Shown: positions 12,507 to 24,912 of the stretch, in pieces
Numbering within the stretch: position 1 is the stretch's first letter
How the letters are laid out: each line of letters opens with the position of its first letter
DNA from: Geosiphon pyriformis uo1
Lineage: Eukaryota; Fungi; Glomeromycota
Direction: 5' to 3'
NCBI GenBank assembly: GCA_016748015.1
Contig: JAAOMT010000009.1
Coordinates: 390,459 to 454,458, forward strand
DNA: 64,000 nt
The notes under the pieces: model-generated
The model's input: the letters and a program-made list of their open reading frames with translations, nothing else
The model's database searches: none
Told to the model about the DNA's origin: nothing
Made by a program: the position numbers and the translations under genes

Positions 12507-13493
12507 TCACTCAATACTTTCAATCTCCATTGGTTCTTCGTGAGCAATTTCTTTAATTGGAACAGAGATAAGAGGCGAGATTGGTTCATTGTGAACAATC
12601 GGAGCAGGAATAAGAGGCGAGAAAGGAACGTTCTCCCAAGGAACCAAAGATTCATTCATAGCAAGAACGTATCTCAAATCTTGCTGTACATTCACATTCT
12701 CGGTCGGATTCATTATATGATTGTCAAGCACTGCATCGTTACTTGACGTTTGAAATGAGCCAGGAATGGGGACCGCTGATTGATTGTTTACTCCCAATGG
12801 GAGAGTTTGTGTAGCTATCCGATTGTTATCCAAAATACTTATAGGTGTCTCAACGGTTTGTTGGCTTTGTGGTACAAATACAGGAGGTACTACGGGAGGT
12901 AACACTGTAGGACCCAGTGGAACCGAATGTATATCAGAGGTATCATTTTTTTTGCCTTCAGCAGTCGTTTGGCTATGTGTTTGTTTTTGGGTCATAGAAA
13001 GATCTTCGTTAGAACCTTTAGGATCATGTTCTTTTGATTCCTGATGATCTGATTTCGGTTGTTTCGATGGAGGATTATTATTTGTTCGAGGATTCTCTGA
13101 ATGCGAGGGAGCTTCAGCGGGTTTTTTTTCTTTATCAGTTTTAGGAACAGCTGTCGAATGTGATCTTTCTTCAGCAGGTTTTTTTCCTTTATCAGTTTTA
13201 GGGACAGCTGTGGAATGTGATCTTTCTTCAGCAGGTTTTTTTTCTTTATCAGTTTTAGGAACAGCTGTCGAATCTGTTCTTTCTTCAGCAGGTTTTTGTT
13301 CCTTGTTACCAGTTTTATGAACAGTTGTCGGTGTTTCCTTTTCTACCAAAAGAATAGCTTTACGTACTGAATTCGTGGGATCATTTGGGTCGATTAGAAT
13401 AAATTCTTTTGCCGTTTCTTCTTTATTTGTCTTTTGATCTTTTCCTGATCCGTTTTTTAGGGTCTCATCGATTTTTGAGCCACTTTTTGCCAT
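12507..13493 (-). CDS. Low-complexity orphan protein (328 aa) with 19-aa tandem repeats
   Basis: Long ATG ORF in AT-rich surroundings. The K/E/P/T-rich composition suggests disorder. A short extra 3' exon is possible. Confidence 0.7.
   Translation of the reverse strand: MAKSGSKIDETLKNGSGKDQKTNKEETAKEFILIDPNDPTNSVRKAILLVEKETPTTVHKTGNKEQKPAEERTDSTAVPKTDKEKKPAEERSHSTAVPKTDKGKKPAEERSHSTAVPKTDKEKKPAEAPSHSENPRTNNNPPSKQPKSDHQESKEHDPKGSNEDLSMTQKQTHSQTTAEGKKNDTSDIHSVPLGPTVLPPVVPPVFVPQSQQTVETPISILDNNRIATQTLPLGVNNQSAVPIPGSFQTSSNDAVLDNHIMNPTENVNVQQDLRYVLAMNESLVPWENVPFSPLIPAPIVHNEPISPLISVPIKEIAHEEPMEIESIE
13110..13330 (-). repeat. 57-bp coding tandem repeat (KTDKEKKPAEERSHSTAVP), ~3.5 copies
   Basis: ACAGCTG anchor at 13147, 13204 and 13261, with a degenerate copy at 13321. 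Confidence 0.9.
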
Positions 13494-14179
13494 TTTTTTT
13501 TGAAGATGGTCGAGTGGACATTAGATAGTGGCCTTATATGTTAAATATTCGTTATTTTATTTGATGATTGCGATAAATTATTATACTAGTATTACGGAAA
13601 AATGATGTAAATTTAATCGTGGCACAATACCATCAGAAACCAATATCAAATCAAGACCAAAAGGCTCTAGGCTACGAAAATTGTTGAGTGAGACATTCGT
13701 GCTGACTCATTTATTCAGTTGCAGTTCCATTACGCGGCGGATCCTTGATTCATACCCCATGTTAAATACATTGGCTCGAAATATTTTTTTAAAGAAATTT
13801 ACATCACTTGCAGTTAGTTTATTCCAGTGAAAATAACAAATTAACCTGTTAGGAAGGCCAAAAGCAATTGATTTTATTAATATAAAATTTAATATTCAAT
13901 TCTTTTCACCTTTACTCTCGATAATCAACTCGCAACGCTGCGACATTGGATTTACTAAATTTATTAACATAGTTTTTGGTAAAGAATTCCATATGTCGTT
14001 CCATATTTTGCGGCAATTTTTTTTCTACGTCACGTTTAACAATTTGCTACAGATTTATAATAGGATTTAGATCTGGATTAGGCAACGGCTAGTCAACAAC
14101 TTTTGGGGGGGGTACATTTTCCGCAAGAAATGCTTTAGCTCCTCGAATTTTATGTTTTGGATTTTATATTGTTGAAAGC

Positions 14180-14630
14180 ACTACTTCTTGCCAAGTCTTC
14201 TGTTGACTTCTCCAAACATGCTGTTACAATATTTCAACTTAAAAAACTTACCATCCATAATACGTCGAAAACAATGTTTAATTGTGTTTGGAAACAGTTG
14301 AAATACTGTTTTATCAGAAAATAAACTTTCGTCAGCATTGCAGAGTAATTGGTAGTCTTTCATATGTCCAAATAATTTTAAATTTCAACCCCCTCTGTAT
14401 CTAGCTTAGTAGCAATCTTTTCCAGATAAAAGATTTTCCACGAAAATATTGACCTACTTTTCTCGATACATGTTCTGTAATCTTCTTGCGAACATTGTCA
14501 TTGTGCCAAATTTCTCACATCGTATCGTACAGTTGAGATAGGCTGCTTAGTGAGTTGACTTAATTTTAAGATGGGACATTCACTTTCATTCCAGAAGTAT
14601 AATAGCTTTGAGTTGCTATTTTTCTTGGAG
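14180..14630 (-). mobile_element. Degenerate Tc1/mariner transposase relic
   Basis: Fragments LLYFWNE..LSQLTKQPISTVRY (N-terminal HTH) and LFSDKTVFQLFPNTI (first catalytic Asp region). They parallel the relic at 27 kb. Confidence 0.65.
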
Positions 14631-15739
14631 TTATGTACAAAGCTGCAAATTAATTCCGCTTTGGATATAGTGCAAATGGAGTCTATCACATGGATAGAAA
14701 ATGAAAAAGTCTCATATGTAGGTAACTTTTTACCTGTTGATTGTTAAATTTTTTCTTGTGAGGATGATTAACTAAGATGATTCTAGCTTTTAAAAGATTA
14801 GCCTTACCACTTCTTTAACATACATCATCCTGTTTTTCTTCTTAAAGTCTTGTTAAAGTAAGTAATCAGCCAATGTGCAGAAACGCTTTTAATATAAAAA
14901 TTTATAATTAGTTTCCCTAAATTATAAATAATAATAACCTTTTTATTGACCATATATTTTTTAAGTCATTCAAATCTGTCTAATTTCAATAAATTCAAAA
15001 AATAATTTGACAGTATTCAGATCCATTTTTTTGATTCTCAAGATATTATGCATTCAAATATTGCCAGTAAGGTGTAATTCATTAATGGATTAGGAAAGAC
15101 ATTAAAATTTATAAAGACTTTGTTGACGGAAAAAATGTATTGTGAGAGTTCATGTTCGTCGGGGATCGCATCGTCGAAGAGAACCACGAGTTTTGGAAAA
15201 TGGAGAAAAAAGTTATATTGAAAGAAGTCCAAGGCAAATCAGTAAAGCCTATCACGTTGGGTAATTTCCAAGATCATTCTGCGACTTGTTCGTTCCAATA
15301 GGGTCTCAAGTCCCGATCGTTTGAAATTGATAATTAGATGTAGTTTTTGTGAATGATAAAAAATTGGCCTGTGACATCAAGAGTCAAAATCAACCTTCAA
15401 CTTCTCCAAAATTTGGACATATGAGATTTACGATTTGATTCACTGGATTTTTAGCTTGTAGTTAATCTTTCCAAAATTTTATATTAAAAAACTGCGTTAT
15501 ATTGGATTTCGTGTTACGTCATGGTTAAGAAAGTTCTATATCCCTAAATCCTTTGTAGCCGCAGTTATCGTATATCTAATTACTGCGTACAATGAAATAT
15601 TATCATCTTTAGTTAAAATTGATATCCGCAGTTGATATCAACTTTGTTGTCCTGTACTCGTTTTTTAGCGATATAAATCGAACATTTTCCACCTTCCCAA
15701 TTTATAAAAACTAAATTTTTTAGAAATAATTTGTAAAAT

Positions 15740-17292
15740 ATGGAACTTCCACCCGGAGCTGAAGATACTGAATGTTGGATCGACTGGTTTGAGAATTTAG
15801 AGGAGCTTGAAAATATTTCCCTCAAATTGGATCCAGGTAAATAATTTGTCGACGATCTTGTTAATTAGACACCCTTGAACTTAAGACGATTTCTCTACGA
15901 TTATAGAGCCGACAATACACAATTCTTTTGTGAACAATAAATCATTGAATATGTTTACAACGAGATGTCTCTTGGGCTATTTTCAAAAGTTTGAAGTACA
16001 TCCACGTCACTGTCAAAATCACAATGGTCTCTGGAATCTGCCTGGACTCCAAGAGATGATGCTTTACTTTTTGATGGCAAATCGTGATCATTTGCTGCTG
16101 ACGCGGACGGAGATACCCGAAAAACAATTTAAAAACGCGGAGAAAAATACTGAATCAAGGTTGGTCGACGAGTCATTAAAAATTAGGTTAGTTGAGAAAA
16201 TTATACTTTCTAAATTTCTTTAAAAAAAAAAGCTATAGTAACTAATATTTTTGATTCAATTTCCTTAGGTATAATTGGTTTTTGCCTTCTCTCTGTTCTA
16301 TTTGCCTTGAATTGGAACATGAAGCAACAAGATGCGAAAAAAGCTCCGTCCACTTCAAACTAGAATATGCAACATATGAGGAAGTTAAAGAAATAGTTGA
16401 TGGTTGCCATGCCAATGAACGCTCTTTCTTTCAAAAAATCAGTTTTGAATCATACAAATTTGAGGACCAAGCATCCTATTTCGAATTGGTACAACTTATC
16501 AAACGCAATAAAATCACTATCCTTGTCCTTGAACTTAGGAATTTCCAATTTTCCGAGAATGTATTACTTGAAATTGCTGACGCATTGAAAAGAAATAATC
16601 ATATTAAACATTTGGGTTTGTATAATATCAAATTGTCATCAAAGACATGTTCTGCAATGGCTGAAGTTGTTCATTACAACCGAACATTAAACCATCTCAT
16701 CTTGGATTCGGGGGATGAAAAATCTATTGATTTCAACACAAATAATTTAATCGAATTTCGTCATTCGCTGCTCAATAACATACACCTTGAAACCTTGAGA
16801 TTCCAATGGATTAATGACCACAACTTATCAACGCTTAATTATCAAGGCCTAATAAAAGCCAAGATAAATATACGACAACATGAGTTGGCGTCTGAAGTCG
16901 GAACATCGATTTCCAAGCTGTTAAAAGAAAACGATTGGTATAACAAAAATCAAGGCTTAGCAGCCTTACAATTTCTCAGATTGTTGCGAGTAGTATTATT
17001 CAGTGCTGGTACTAAAACCATAAAGAGCAGTAAGAATCCCGTAAAGAAAAATTTAAAATTAACATGGCCTTTGGAGATTTGGCTAATGATTTTCAAAAGT
17101 TTTACGGAACAAGAAGGCATGTCACAAGATCAGGTTCAACGGGTGATGATGTTCGCCAGAACTACGATAACATTATTGTCTCGAATCACAAAGAGGCAGT
17201 TTTTGAATTATGCTTGTGGGACTTTGGGATGGGAAATTTTAATGGAAGATGAAGAAAGAGCATTGAAGGATAGCGTTACATTAAAAAGGTAA
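15740..17292 (+). CDS. RNI-like leucine-rich repeat protein with CCHC zinc-knuckle motif (3 exons)
   Basis: Exons ~15740-15837, 15907-16187 and 16269-17292 splice in frame. LRR units IADALKRNNHIKHLGLYN and MAEVVHYNRTLNHLILD, plus CSICLELEHEATRC. Confidence 0.75.
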
Positions 17293-17699
17293 AGGACATT
17301 TTCGTCTAACAGGATTGAAGAGAGAACTTTGATTTCATACATTACAATTGTCAGCATAAGACTTTATTGAATCCAATATATTAAAAAAATGTAAAATTTC
17401 AAATAAGCACTTTAAAAGTTTTGTTAGCTCATGAATAGAGGATGTTTCATAAATAGATCATATTGCCAGCAATTTATTTTTCTGTAGATGATTTGCATAT
17501 GTAACCATTTTTTAAAAATCAATATACATGTATCAAGTTTTCTACCTTTTTCGAAAAACGTTTTAATTTTTACGACTCGTCAACATTATATTATTTGTTA
17601 CGTGACAAAATGACGTTCACTTTTACACAGTTGGACCAAATTAAAAACAAAAGGAAAGATTCTGGCATACATGGAAACCATAAATATCGCTCAAATCGC

Positions 17700-18150
17700 A
17701 AAAAATTCTTGGAAATGACGTGAGACCATAACAATACGCCGATTTATTGACAAAGTACAAAAGAACAGGGAAAAAGTGAAAACTTAGCACGTTCCGGAAA
17801 GTTTGCAAGATAACGCGCCGATTCATACTGCGGAAAAAAATCGCGAAAATGTTTGATGGAAAATAAAATTATGACTATCAATTGGTGGGTGAATTCGCAA
17901 GACCTGAATCCAATTGAGAAACGCTTGGAGGCTGTTGAAATTTGTTGTCGAAACTTAAGACTGCATCTGTTCTCGAAGAAGTTATTGCCTTAATGTCAAG
18001 GAGGATTGAAGTCAAATGGAGGGCCAACAAAGTATTAATTAGGTATAATTTTTTATTCAGTATATAAATTGTTTAAAATAAAATAAACCGGAAAAGTGTC
18101 AGAATTTTCGTGTTCAATTTGAATGGCGCGTCCACTTTTTGGGGTACTCT
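17700..18150 (+). mobile_element. Degenerate Tc1/mariner (DD34E) transposase relic
   Basis: LQDNAPIHTA at ~17803 and WWVNSQDLNPIE at ~17883 are the Tc1 catalytic signatures. The frame is broken. Confidence 0.85.
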
Positions 18151-18329
18151 ACATTGGAATGTTTAAAAATACAAAAAACTTAATGCACTTTAAAATGCTA
18201 AAGTGATAGATTAAAAAAACTAAATGAGTGATAAATTATTCGAATATACATGATTAATAAAATCAAAAATTTATTTAGTCTAGAAAGAAGAAAATTTGTA
18301 GAATGAAAATAGGACGAAATTAATTGTTT

Positions 18330-19813
18330 TTAAGAGCTTTTATAAAAACGCCATCCACCGTGTATTTTTCCGTGTCTTCCGCACTTGTTTCCATGATGTT
18401 TGCCGTGGTACTTATTGGGATGTTGGTCTATATGATTTTTGACGCCATTCTGCTCTTTGTGATTCTTTCCATTTTGGCCAATTTTATTAAATTCTTTGTT
18501 ATCAATATCAACAAAAGTGGCAAGTTGAATTTTAGAACCAACAAAGTTACCATTTAGATTTTTGCTCTCTTGAAGACCAGAGGCAAGTTTATGTTGATTA
18601 TCTAGGTTAGCTTTGGCAATTTGTTTCTTCTCTTCTTCATCTTCTGCTTTATCATTTTTACCATCATCATCAAAATCAATCACAGTCACAAAATGAAAAA
18701 GGTTTCCATTGAAGTTTCCGTTCAGTTCACCACCCCCATTTCCATTATTATTTCCATTATTTCCTTTGGCACAAACTGTGAAATCAAAATCATTTTGACC
18801 ATTTTTTGATTTGTCAAGGAGTGTAATGAAAATGAAGCGATTTCCATTAAAATTTCCGTTCAGTTGGCCACCACCATTACCATTACTAAAACCAGAGCTC
18901 AAAGCTCGTTTTTGGTTTCCGTTATTGTTGCCATTTGAGTATCCGCTATTATTTCCATTAGCATTTCCATTAGAGTTTCCACCACCGTTACCATTTCGAT
19001 TTCCATTAAGCTCTTCACTTCCATTTCCGTTTATATTTCCGTTTTCTTGACCTCCACCATTTCCATTGGCATTCCCATTCGAGATTCCACTACCATTGCC
19101 ATTAATGTTACCATTTTTCTCGCCACCACCATTGCCATTATAATTACCGTTATCCTTGGAATGAATTTGTTTCCTGTATTGCGTACAAAGAGCTTTAGCG
19201 TCATCATGGCCTGGACGTTGGATAATTACCATTTGTTCAATGGAGTTGCCATTGAAGTTGCCATTCAATTTCCCTCCATTATTTCCATTGTAACTACCGG
19301 TGAAATCTTTAATAGGATATTGGAATAAATTTTTGTTATTTTAATGCTTATTTAAAAATTATAAGGTTATTATGATTTCTCACCTAAATTATTACTTTTT
19401 ACATTATTGTTGCTTTTTCGATTTCCATCACTTTTGTTGGAATTCTGATTTCCAGTCCCGAAAGCACTATTGTTTCCATTCTGATTGCCATTCTGATTTC
19501 CATTATTAGCATTACCATTTTCATTACCATTATTTATATTGCTATTGTTCCCATTTGCGTTCCCGTTCCCTGATCCTTTGTTCTGATTTCCATTATTATT
19601 CCCGTTATACATTAGACTGTTATTACCATTCTGATTCCCATTTTTATTGTTCGAATTTGCTTTGACGAAATTATTCGTTTCTGAAGCGTAGCTAGCATTT
19701 CGTTTCGATAAATGAGGGGTTGATAAATCTAAACCGTTTACGGTTAGAATAAGGGCACAAGAAAGGAATGTTGCAAAGCTGAGCATGGTAAGGTGGACAG
19801 ATTTTTTAGTCAT
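18330..19813 (-). CDS. Secreted Asn/Gly-rich repeat protein (2 exons, intron 19307-19383)
   Basis: Hydrophobic signal peptide (..LSFATFLSCALILTVNG). A GT-AG intron joins the 147-aa and 312-aa ORFs in frame. NGNxNGN repeats, two KR dibasic sites and a His/Gly/Lys-rich tail. Confidence 0.85.
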
Positions 19814-21498
19814 GACTAGATGAATATTTCAAAGATAAATAGGGAAATAAATAAAATGTAAAAATATTTTGATATTATAGTTATTTAAATCAAAGATTTT
19901 GTTGAGGTAAAGAATTTTCAAAAATTCGTTTGTCTCTAGAATTGGGAAAAGTGTCAAAGAATTTAAATGGATAAGAGAAAAAAAGAAGAATATAAGATTT
20001 GAGATATACTAGAAATTTGTGAATTCCGTTCAAGACAGAAGCTAAAAATACCAGATGTCAAGCTTTTGAGTGTGTTAAAATAGGAGTTTGTGGTGGTGGT
20101 AGTGGGTGAAGAGATGTAAGAGAGTGTGTGTGTGTCTTTCGACGAAAAAATTCAAGGGCTAACCATTTATATTATAATTCACAAAAGATTGTTATGAATT
20201 GGTTGAATAATAAACTTTCCCAAATATTACTGTGATACCCAACCTAATTTTTGACAACGGGGAATATTGTCTTTTATTTATCAAAGATAGATAAAAAAGT
20301 TGGTAAGAAAGACTTTTAGCAGAGTAAGTATTGATAAGCAAAATGGATATTATGAACATTTTTTAAAACATGTGGTTGATCACATTTTCCAAATTGGTAC
20401 AACAAACAGAGCTACATGGTAATAGCTAAAAATTTGAGGAATTAATATTTTTCCTCACAATCAAAAGTTTTAGCTATCTTATTTTTTTCTTTGTGGCAAA
20501 GGATAATTTTTTAACCCTTGAAAAACATATCAAATTAATGAAACATGTTTCAGTTTATCAAATATTGTATTCTGTCAAAATAGTGTGTAGGAAGATTAAA
20601 ATTTTAATAAAAGCAACAAATTTGAAAGAGTTAAAAATAATTTATCGATTGTTCGTTTTGGAATACATCAATTAAGTCCTTTTTCAATTGAACAAAACTT
20701 TATTGATAAACAAGACTTAATTGATAAACATACAATTTTAATCGAATAATGAATGTATTTATAAATCAAAAACATTAAATATTTTACACATTAAAATGAA
20801 TTATTTTCTGTTAATAATGATCTTTAAAAAAGTCCAGTTTCCAAACAAAACAAAAAATCCATCTACAAGAGTCAAATGCCACTGCTCTAAAATAATTTAG
20901 TAGACTTTCTTAAATTGTTATCAAATTTTTCAATGAATCTGTCTGTCAATTAACAAAGTCTTTGGACATTCGATGATTCAAAAGAAAATGATATCATTTA
21001 GATATTATATTTTTAGTAACGATCCAAAGATGTTTATAAATAAAGTTTTTTTATATAATTACCAGATTCAAAAAAGAATTCATAAAAAGGAATTATTATT
21101 AACGTTTGATTTCATTTGCTTTCTAATGAATTTATGAATAATAAGAAATTAATCTGTCAATGAATTAGATCCACTATTTGAAAATAGAAAGAATGTCATC
21201 AGAAAAAACTTTTATTAAAACATGAATTTGATGATGTGTGTGTGTAATATTTAAATTCATTGTTTTACTCAACTTTATTTCATAATAGGTGATTGATGAA
21301 TGAGTTAAGATATTTCCAAAAGTGATTCAGCTACTTGACACTTTTAATAGAAATCCTTTTATTAAACTTTTTTATATTTCAATAATTATGAAAATTTATG
21401 ATCAAACCAGTCCCAGCATAGAATAAAAATTTTTGTTTTATTAAAAGTTTTGCTTTCTTCTATATATCTATCTATATATTTATTAGAAAACATATTAT

Positions 21499-21499
21499 G

Positions 21500-21554
<55 letters not shown>
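21499..21554 (+). repeat. (ATT)n microsatellite
   Basis: Directly visible. Confidence 0.9.
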
Positions 21555-21555
<1 letters not shown>

Positions 21556-21896
21556 ATAAAAAAGGTTATATTCTAAAATTAAACTTTTGCTTTCAATTTT
21601 TTACCTGTATGCTTATTTCAAAGCGCAAATAACTATCTATTGATTTTCATAGATTAATCAGGAAAATTTGAATCGGTAAATGAATAGTAATACATTTATA
21701 ACGTTACATGACCTATACCTTGTTGTTTCTAAAATCAACACGGTTATTAAATTGCTCAGGAAAGGTATGAAAGGAATAATTCAAATAATTTCAACTATAG
21801 AAAAAATTAATAAGGGTTTCAAAGATGTCATCAATTGGAATCATGTTGCAGCGATTTTTGGGAATAAATATAATGTATAAATAAATAAATTTAGTG

Positions 21897-21938
21897 TTTT
21901 TCATACAACAATATACATGTATATTGTTGTATGAAAAA
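21897..21938. repeat. Perfect 42-bp palindrome
   Basis: TTTTTCATACAACAATATACA|TGTATATTGTTGTATGAAAAA, with no loop and no mismatch. Confidence 0.95.
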
Positions 21939-24007
21939 ATATAATTGCCACATGGTTCCATTCCCAATGAAGTTGTTTAGTAATGCATAATGCTCCTTGT
22001 TGACATCGCTGCCGCCATTTTTCTATCGCAGTTTAAAACATTGTCACCTTAAAAAAAATACTTACAGTGGCTCATAAAAGTCATCGTATCACCCGAGAAA
22101 GATTTAGATATCCTGTTGGTGATTTGAAATAAAAAATTTATTCACGAATATGCGTGCAAATATGGTTATGATAAACAATTGTGTTATGTTTATATTATCC
22201 TAACCTTTACAATATCCGCTATCCTATCGGAGCAATTAACATGAAAGCATGCTTATCAGATTCAAAAATTATTCAAAATAAATATCCTACCTTTTTCATT
22301 TTGCTGAATTAACTTCTCAAAATCTTAATACAACTACTACCATAATTTCCAACATATTTATCACCAACTCTGTTATTGAACCCAAAAAAAGTTATATTTA
22401 CATGAACAACATTTAATTGTTAAAATTAATATATGCAAAAATACATATTAGATATATTATATATTATTGTTAAAAATAAAGTTTATATGTTAATGTCTAA
22501 AAAATTGAAAAGTTTAAAATTTAAAAATGTTGAAATTATAAATAAAAATGTAGAATTAAAAAAAAATTTTAAACAATATTTGATTCTTTTTAAAAATTAT
22601 GCAGAAAAGAGTAATTATATTTAACAAAACATTGATCACACTAATTTGCACTAAAGATTCTGTGGAATTATGTTTTACTTTTTCAAAATCTGATCTAGTT
22701 TACAAATGCTTAATGATTAAGGTTTTCAAAATTTCCATTTGAGTTAATAAAAAAAAACTTAAATAATATTTAAGTTGGAATTTTGGGCTGGTCATAATAA
22801 GACTTGTATAAGTGAAAAAGAAAAAAAGCTATAGACAATCTTTGCATTGTGAATAAAAGCATTATTTTCTTAAAAATAAGATTTTTAATTATTGGATTGT
22901 CATTCTTGACAAGTATTTTTTGATAAGCTTTATCATTAACTAATTCAAAGAGTGAAAAAAAAAAACGTGGTTAAAAAATTTTTGTGAAAAAGTCTTTAAT
23001 TGTTAATGGAACATGATCTTTATGAAATTTTTCTCCTGATTCTTTCTATATACAATTCCATCTTAACTTTTAGAATTGTGTAAATGTAGATTTTATTTGA
23101 TTAAATAACCTTTTTTCAACCTTTACTATCCAATAAGTTTGTTTTAAACACCAAACTAGTTGTTTTAATCCCTTTCTATACAAGAATTAACGCGTTTTGA
23201 ATTAAAACTATTGTATTTACCAATTAGGCAAGTATTATACCTATTACTAATTGCCTGGATTTTATTTTCTGATGTAGACAAATTTATAATGCATTGAGAC
23301 CTCGAGTACAATCGAAAAGATATAAAAGTATATAAAACTGAATGAACTTGATATATTGTAACTTTGTGAAAAAAAAATTATAATAGAATTTCAATCAAAA
23401 GATGAGTCAACTGAATAGACGAAACTTTTTTAGCATTTAAACTTTTTTAACATAAAATAGAGTTTTCATTCATGATTATTGACTCATTTGAAAAGTATCG
23501 TAGTAAATAAAATAAAACAAGATAGCGGTTGAATAAGAAAATGTGCATATAACAAATGAGATGCTTTTTAAGTGTGTGACTGCTACAATTTAAAAAAATT
23601 TATTAATCAAAGTTCATCCCTTAGTGTGTGCGTTTCCCTAAAGAGAAAAGATTCAAGGTATAAAAAAAAGTAAACCCGTTGTGGAAATTTGAAATATGAT
23701 GTTCAAAATTAATCTTTTAAAATTCTCTGCTTTGGGTATGTGTGTAATCTATCAAGCAGACTTCTAAGAAGATCGACCTTTTTTTAATTAATTATAGAAA
23801 CCGATTTGGAGTACAAGTAACTCTTTAAGACATATTGATTTTAATGTATTTATAATTTTTTTCAACATAATGATCGAGATTTTGAAATAAAAATTATTTT
23901 CCTTTTTCAAATAAACTTTTAAAGTTTTAGTTTAAAATATTACATTTAAACTTTTTTTTTGTTTGAACTCTGTTTGTTTGTATATAATTGAAAATTTTAA
24001 AATCTTT

Positions 24008-24038
<31 letters not shown>

Positions 24039-24912
24039 GGTATTTTATGAAAGTTTTGTACATGAGAATTTTCAAAGAATCATAGTTAAATTTTGAGAAA
24101 ATCACCAATCGGAATTGTGCGGGATAAGAAATGTTTCTGATTTATCTTGCCAAAGACTGAAAATCTACAAATTCCAAATTGAGGGTAATGATCACGAATT
24201 TAAACATTTGAAACAGCGTCCGATTGTGACTCTTTACTCATTTTTTTTTGTGAACACTTTAATTTAATCATATATATATATGAGATTTGTAGTTAATGAA
24301 TCTAATATTAGAGATCATAATTAAAAAAATTCAAATTTAAAAAAAAAATTATTTTAATCAATTTAAGGTTTTCACATGCAATATTCGATCTTTTAACTAC
24401 AATCAAAAGAAAGTTTGTAAGCATTGAAGATTACCTTTCAATTTGACTTTTGTAGTTTTTTTAACGGTTTAAATTTTAAATATAAAAAATTTGATTATCA
24501 TCCTAAACCCTTTTTATAAATGATCATAATGTCAAAACTCACAAACCTTGATTTCTTTTATTAATAGTTAAAATCTATCATTGGTTTTTTTTTTAAGACG
24601 TAACCTTATACAAATACATATATGTAATTACATAAATTTGTGCATGCATCTTCCAAAAACGTAAATCTAATTTGCATTCATTCTTTGGTACCGGTATTTT
24701 ACTAACCCGCTGCCAAAAGTTAAAAAATTCTTAAATTAACAGTTAAAAAAACTATTTTTTCGATTACATGTTCTTGTTGTTCATTTATTTTTCTTTCTTA
24801 ATTTCTTCTCAATAAAAATTTTTGGTCCTCTTTGTTTCTTTTCTTTCTTTTTTTTTTGCAACCATTTTTTAAACGACTTTTATATCTATTCTATTTTTTA
24901 CTCGATTAAAAT

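Noticed and set aside
11610-14399. TACAGAGGG inverted pair suggesting a large element carrying the 328-aa ORF
   Set aside because: Only ~9 bp match, and the 11610 end has a much better partner at 12016.
15100-15400. GC-richer coding-like stretch upstream of the LRR gene
   Set aside because: Stops occur in all plus-strand frames and no motif was recognised, so it cannot be assigned.
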